A stretch of DNA of 64,000 nt from an uncultured Chloroflexia bacterium (GTDB lineage Bacteria > Chloroflexota > Limnocylindria > Limnocylindrales > CSP1-4), in contig CAVYIV010000003.1 in assembly GCA_963768675.1 (NCBI GenBank), positions 5,439 to 69,438 of the forward strand. Direction: 5' to 3'. The number at the start of each line of letters is the position of its first letter. Positions within the stretch are counted from its first letter, which is position 1. The notes beneath the pieces are model-generated. The model ran no database searches and was not told the origin of the DNA. It saw only the letters and a program-made list of their open reading frames with translations. Positions 61,358 to 64,000 of this stretch are shown here, one piece after another. Both the position numbers and the translations under genes were made by a program.

Positions 61358-63107
61358 AGAAACATTTCGAGTGCTGGTGGTAAACCTGACCGAAGGGAAG
61401 AGCGAACCTGTTTCTTTCGGCAGTCCGTTGGAATTGCTGGGTGGAAGCGGCCTGGCGCCGGTCTCTTCGCTTAGTACGGCATCATGGACGCACCTGCGGA
61501 TCATCCGGATCAGCCGTTGATCTTTGCCATCGGCCCGCTGACCGCCTACTTTCCCCTCATGAGCAAAGTGGTCTTGGGGTTCAAGTCGCCGTACAACGGG
61601 CAATATGCAGAGAGTCATGCGGGCGGACGACTGGGATTGGCTTTGCGTTTTGCCGGTTATGACGCTTTGGTGATCAAGGGCATAGCTCGAACGCCTTCGT
61701 GCTTGATCGTGGGCAGCCGGAGCATAGGAATCCGAGACGTCCATTACTTGTGGGGTCTTGACGTCTTGGCAACGGGAAAACATCTAAGGCGGTTTTCCGG
61801 TCGAGACTCCGGCCACCGGAGCATTCTCCGCATTGGGCCGGCGGGAGAACGCGGAGTTGCATTCGCAAGCATCAATGTGGATACGTACCGGCATTTCGGT
61901 CGGCTCGGCGGCGGAGCAGTGATGGGGGCCAAGCGACTGAAAGGAATTATTGTGCTTGGCGACGGCGGTTTACCGCTTCCCGAAGGAAAAGCCTACCGGG
62001 ATTTGTTCAAACAGGTGTACCAGGAAGTGACCCAAACTCCGGCCATGAAGAAATACCACGATCTGGGGACTCCCGAGAATATGCTGATTCTCAATGAACT
62101 CAATGCGGTCCCGTGGCGAAATCTCCAGTCCACGCATGACGAAAATGTCAATGAAGATCAGGGGAACGATTTGCCGAGGAATTGCTCCTGCGGAAGACAG
62201 CGTGTTCCGGATGCCCTGTCGGATGCATCCACGTGGGACTATTACGGGAGAAATTCGCGGACAGAACGAGTTCCAGTATCGTCAGGTCTCGTACGATCAT
62301 GAGCCCATTTTCGCTGCAGGCTCCATGCTTGGTGTCACCAATGCGGGTGGCGTACTGACTCTTCTGGAGGAAATGGAACGCCAGGGACTGGACGTCATGA
62401 GTGCAGGCGTTGCTCTTGCATGGGCAACGGAGGCATTTGAGCGTGGCATCGTTTCGGACAAAGAAACGTTGGTTCCTCTGTCCTTCGGAGACGTTGAAAA
62501 GTATCGCGAAGCCGTGAGACATCTGGGGACTGCGCACCAACGATTTCTATCGTTTTCTGGGTCAAGGGACTCTCGAGCTGCCGCCCGCTACGGGGGGAGC
62601 GAATTCGCGTGCGTGCTCGGACAGGAGATGGCGGGATATGCCACGGGTGAGGTTTATTTTGCCTCCCAGGCCTACGGCCTTCGACACTCGCACCTTGACA
62701 ACGCAGGGTACAGCTACGACCAAAAGGCCGATGCAAGAAACCCGAAGACGCTGTGGCATTCCTGATCGAAGAGGAGCGGCGGCGGGTGCAGCTTACCTGC
62801 ATGGTTTCGTGCCTGTTCGCGCGCAACGTCTATTCCGAGGAGCGTCTCAAGGAATGTCTTGCGTCTGTGGGACTCCCTGCGTCTCGCTGAATCCGTAGTT
62901 GCCCGGTCAAAGGATGTTCAGAACAAGCGGTGGCGGTTAAAGTACTTGACGGGTACAATCCGAACAAGTGTTTCAATTCCAAAGAGATTCGGAGAAGTCA
63001 TTACGTGGAAGGGACCAGTCGACACAGACTTCATGCACGCTGTAGCAGCGGAGTACCAGAACGCTGTCCGCAAACTGGCAGACATAGGGCAAAGCGTTCT
63101 GTGTTAA
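61344..63107 (+). CDS. Tungsten aldehyde:ferredoxin oxidoreductase family protein (GOR-like large subunit), several frameshifts
   Basis: GGSGLA, FKSP, ESHAGG, RIGPAGE, GR.GGGAVMGAK.LK, CSGCPVGC, GLD.MSAG, RHSHL. Confidence 0.88.
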
Positions 63108-64000
63108 GGTGCAGCGTCGTACGAGTCTACTCGCAGGAAGAGAACTAGTTTGGCTGCAAAAGAAATTGAGAGGGTTGTGACGGGCAAAGAAGTCTGCAAT
63201 GTGGTGTCAGTAAGAGATACTGAGACCAAGATGCCTGGACACGAATGTCTATCCTCAATGCAGCCCGAATGGGTAAATTCTCTTCCGATCGGACGATTCG
63301 ACAATATTGTAATGAAATCTGGAAGGTGAGTCCCATCCCGGTGAGTCTCGAAACCACTGAGGATGAGTAATAAACATACGGGACCACTCCCCTACCGTTC
63401 ATGGAGACGCTGTCAACAAGGTGAAGGAGGCCGGAGACCTCTTAGGAAGATCTTTCTGGCGAGCCCCTGTGCTCAGTATCCGGAGTCTGCCTTCGAAGAC
63501 TAATCGGTCATCTTCCAGGGGACGTCGTCCCCTCGGACCATCCGGGATGCATTTATGGAAGAGACATGTTTCTCACTATCCGGTATCCTGATCAGGAAAC
63601 CTACAAGGAATGGCATTGGACTTAACCGCGTACGAGAGCCGAATAATGCCGACCATGACCGATGCACTGCGGGGCATTCGCGCACTTCGAGTTTCGGACT
63701 ACTGGGGCGCTCTAGCTAGATTGGGCTTTGCTGCAGATGAATTCCTCTCTGCTATGGGGCTTGAAGCCACTAAAGAGAAGGTCGCTCAGAGAAATCCTTA
63801 TGGATCTCGCGGCCCTGAGATTGTCACTCCAGCCTGGAGCGCTGACTCAGGCCCTCTGACGAGGCGGCGCGTGCGAGGCAAGGGCAACAGTCCCGTGCAT
63901 CCTTATCAGCGGCTTCTTCTAATGGAATACCAACGTCTCCTATTGATCCTCCTGCGATCGTTCGGTGAACGTTCCGACGAACTGGCTCACCTCACATCTC

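Noticed and set aside
63315-63350. Faint resemblance to a group II intron domain I stem (CTGGAAGGTGAGTCCCATCCCGG)
   Set aside because: No GTGCG 5' end, domain V or reverse transcriptase ORF could be found
57956-64000. Low-GC segment as a genomic island
   Set aside because: No mobility genes or att-like repeats, housekeeping content, and both junction genes truncated

Overview
Bacterial DNA made of two segments. Positions 1 to ~57,955 are very GC-rich (roughly 70%+ by eye), with many leaderless genes and a gene set suggestive of a monoderm, facultatively anaerobic, F420-using organism (possibly Chloroflexota; inference only). This part holds: 2-oxoacid:ferredoxin oxidoreductase subunits; hypFCDE followed by an ArsR-dsrE-tusA-dsrE-tusA-sqr sulfur cassette; MMPL and MarR-RND transporters; sufBD-Rieske; fba-HAD-dhaL-dhaK; lgt, mdh and a degenerate second Lgt; a pyrimidine-catabolism cluster with an F420-type LLM oxidoreductase and no dihydropyrimidine dehydrogenase in the window; etfBA-acyl-CoA dehydrogenase; upp; gltX; proS; and a dispersed Pho-like regulon with visible 11-bp PHO-box-like repeats. 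At ~57,955 the sequence switches abruptly, mid-gene on both sides, to a moderate-GC (~50-55% by eye) segment carrying pyk(3')-fba-pfk-ferredoxin-AOR family (GOR-like) genes; this is most likely an assembly/read chimera. Many genes carry single-base frameshifts typical of uncorrected long reads, so fusions and broken genes should be treated with caution. No rRNA, tRNA, CRISPR array or transposase was recognised.
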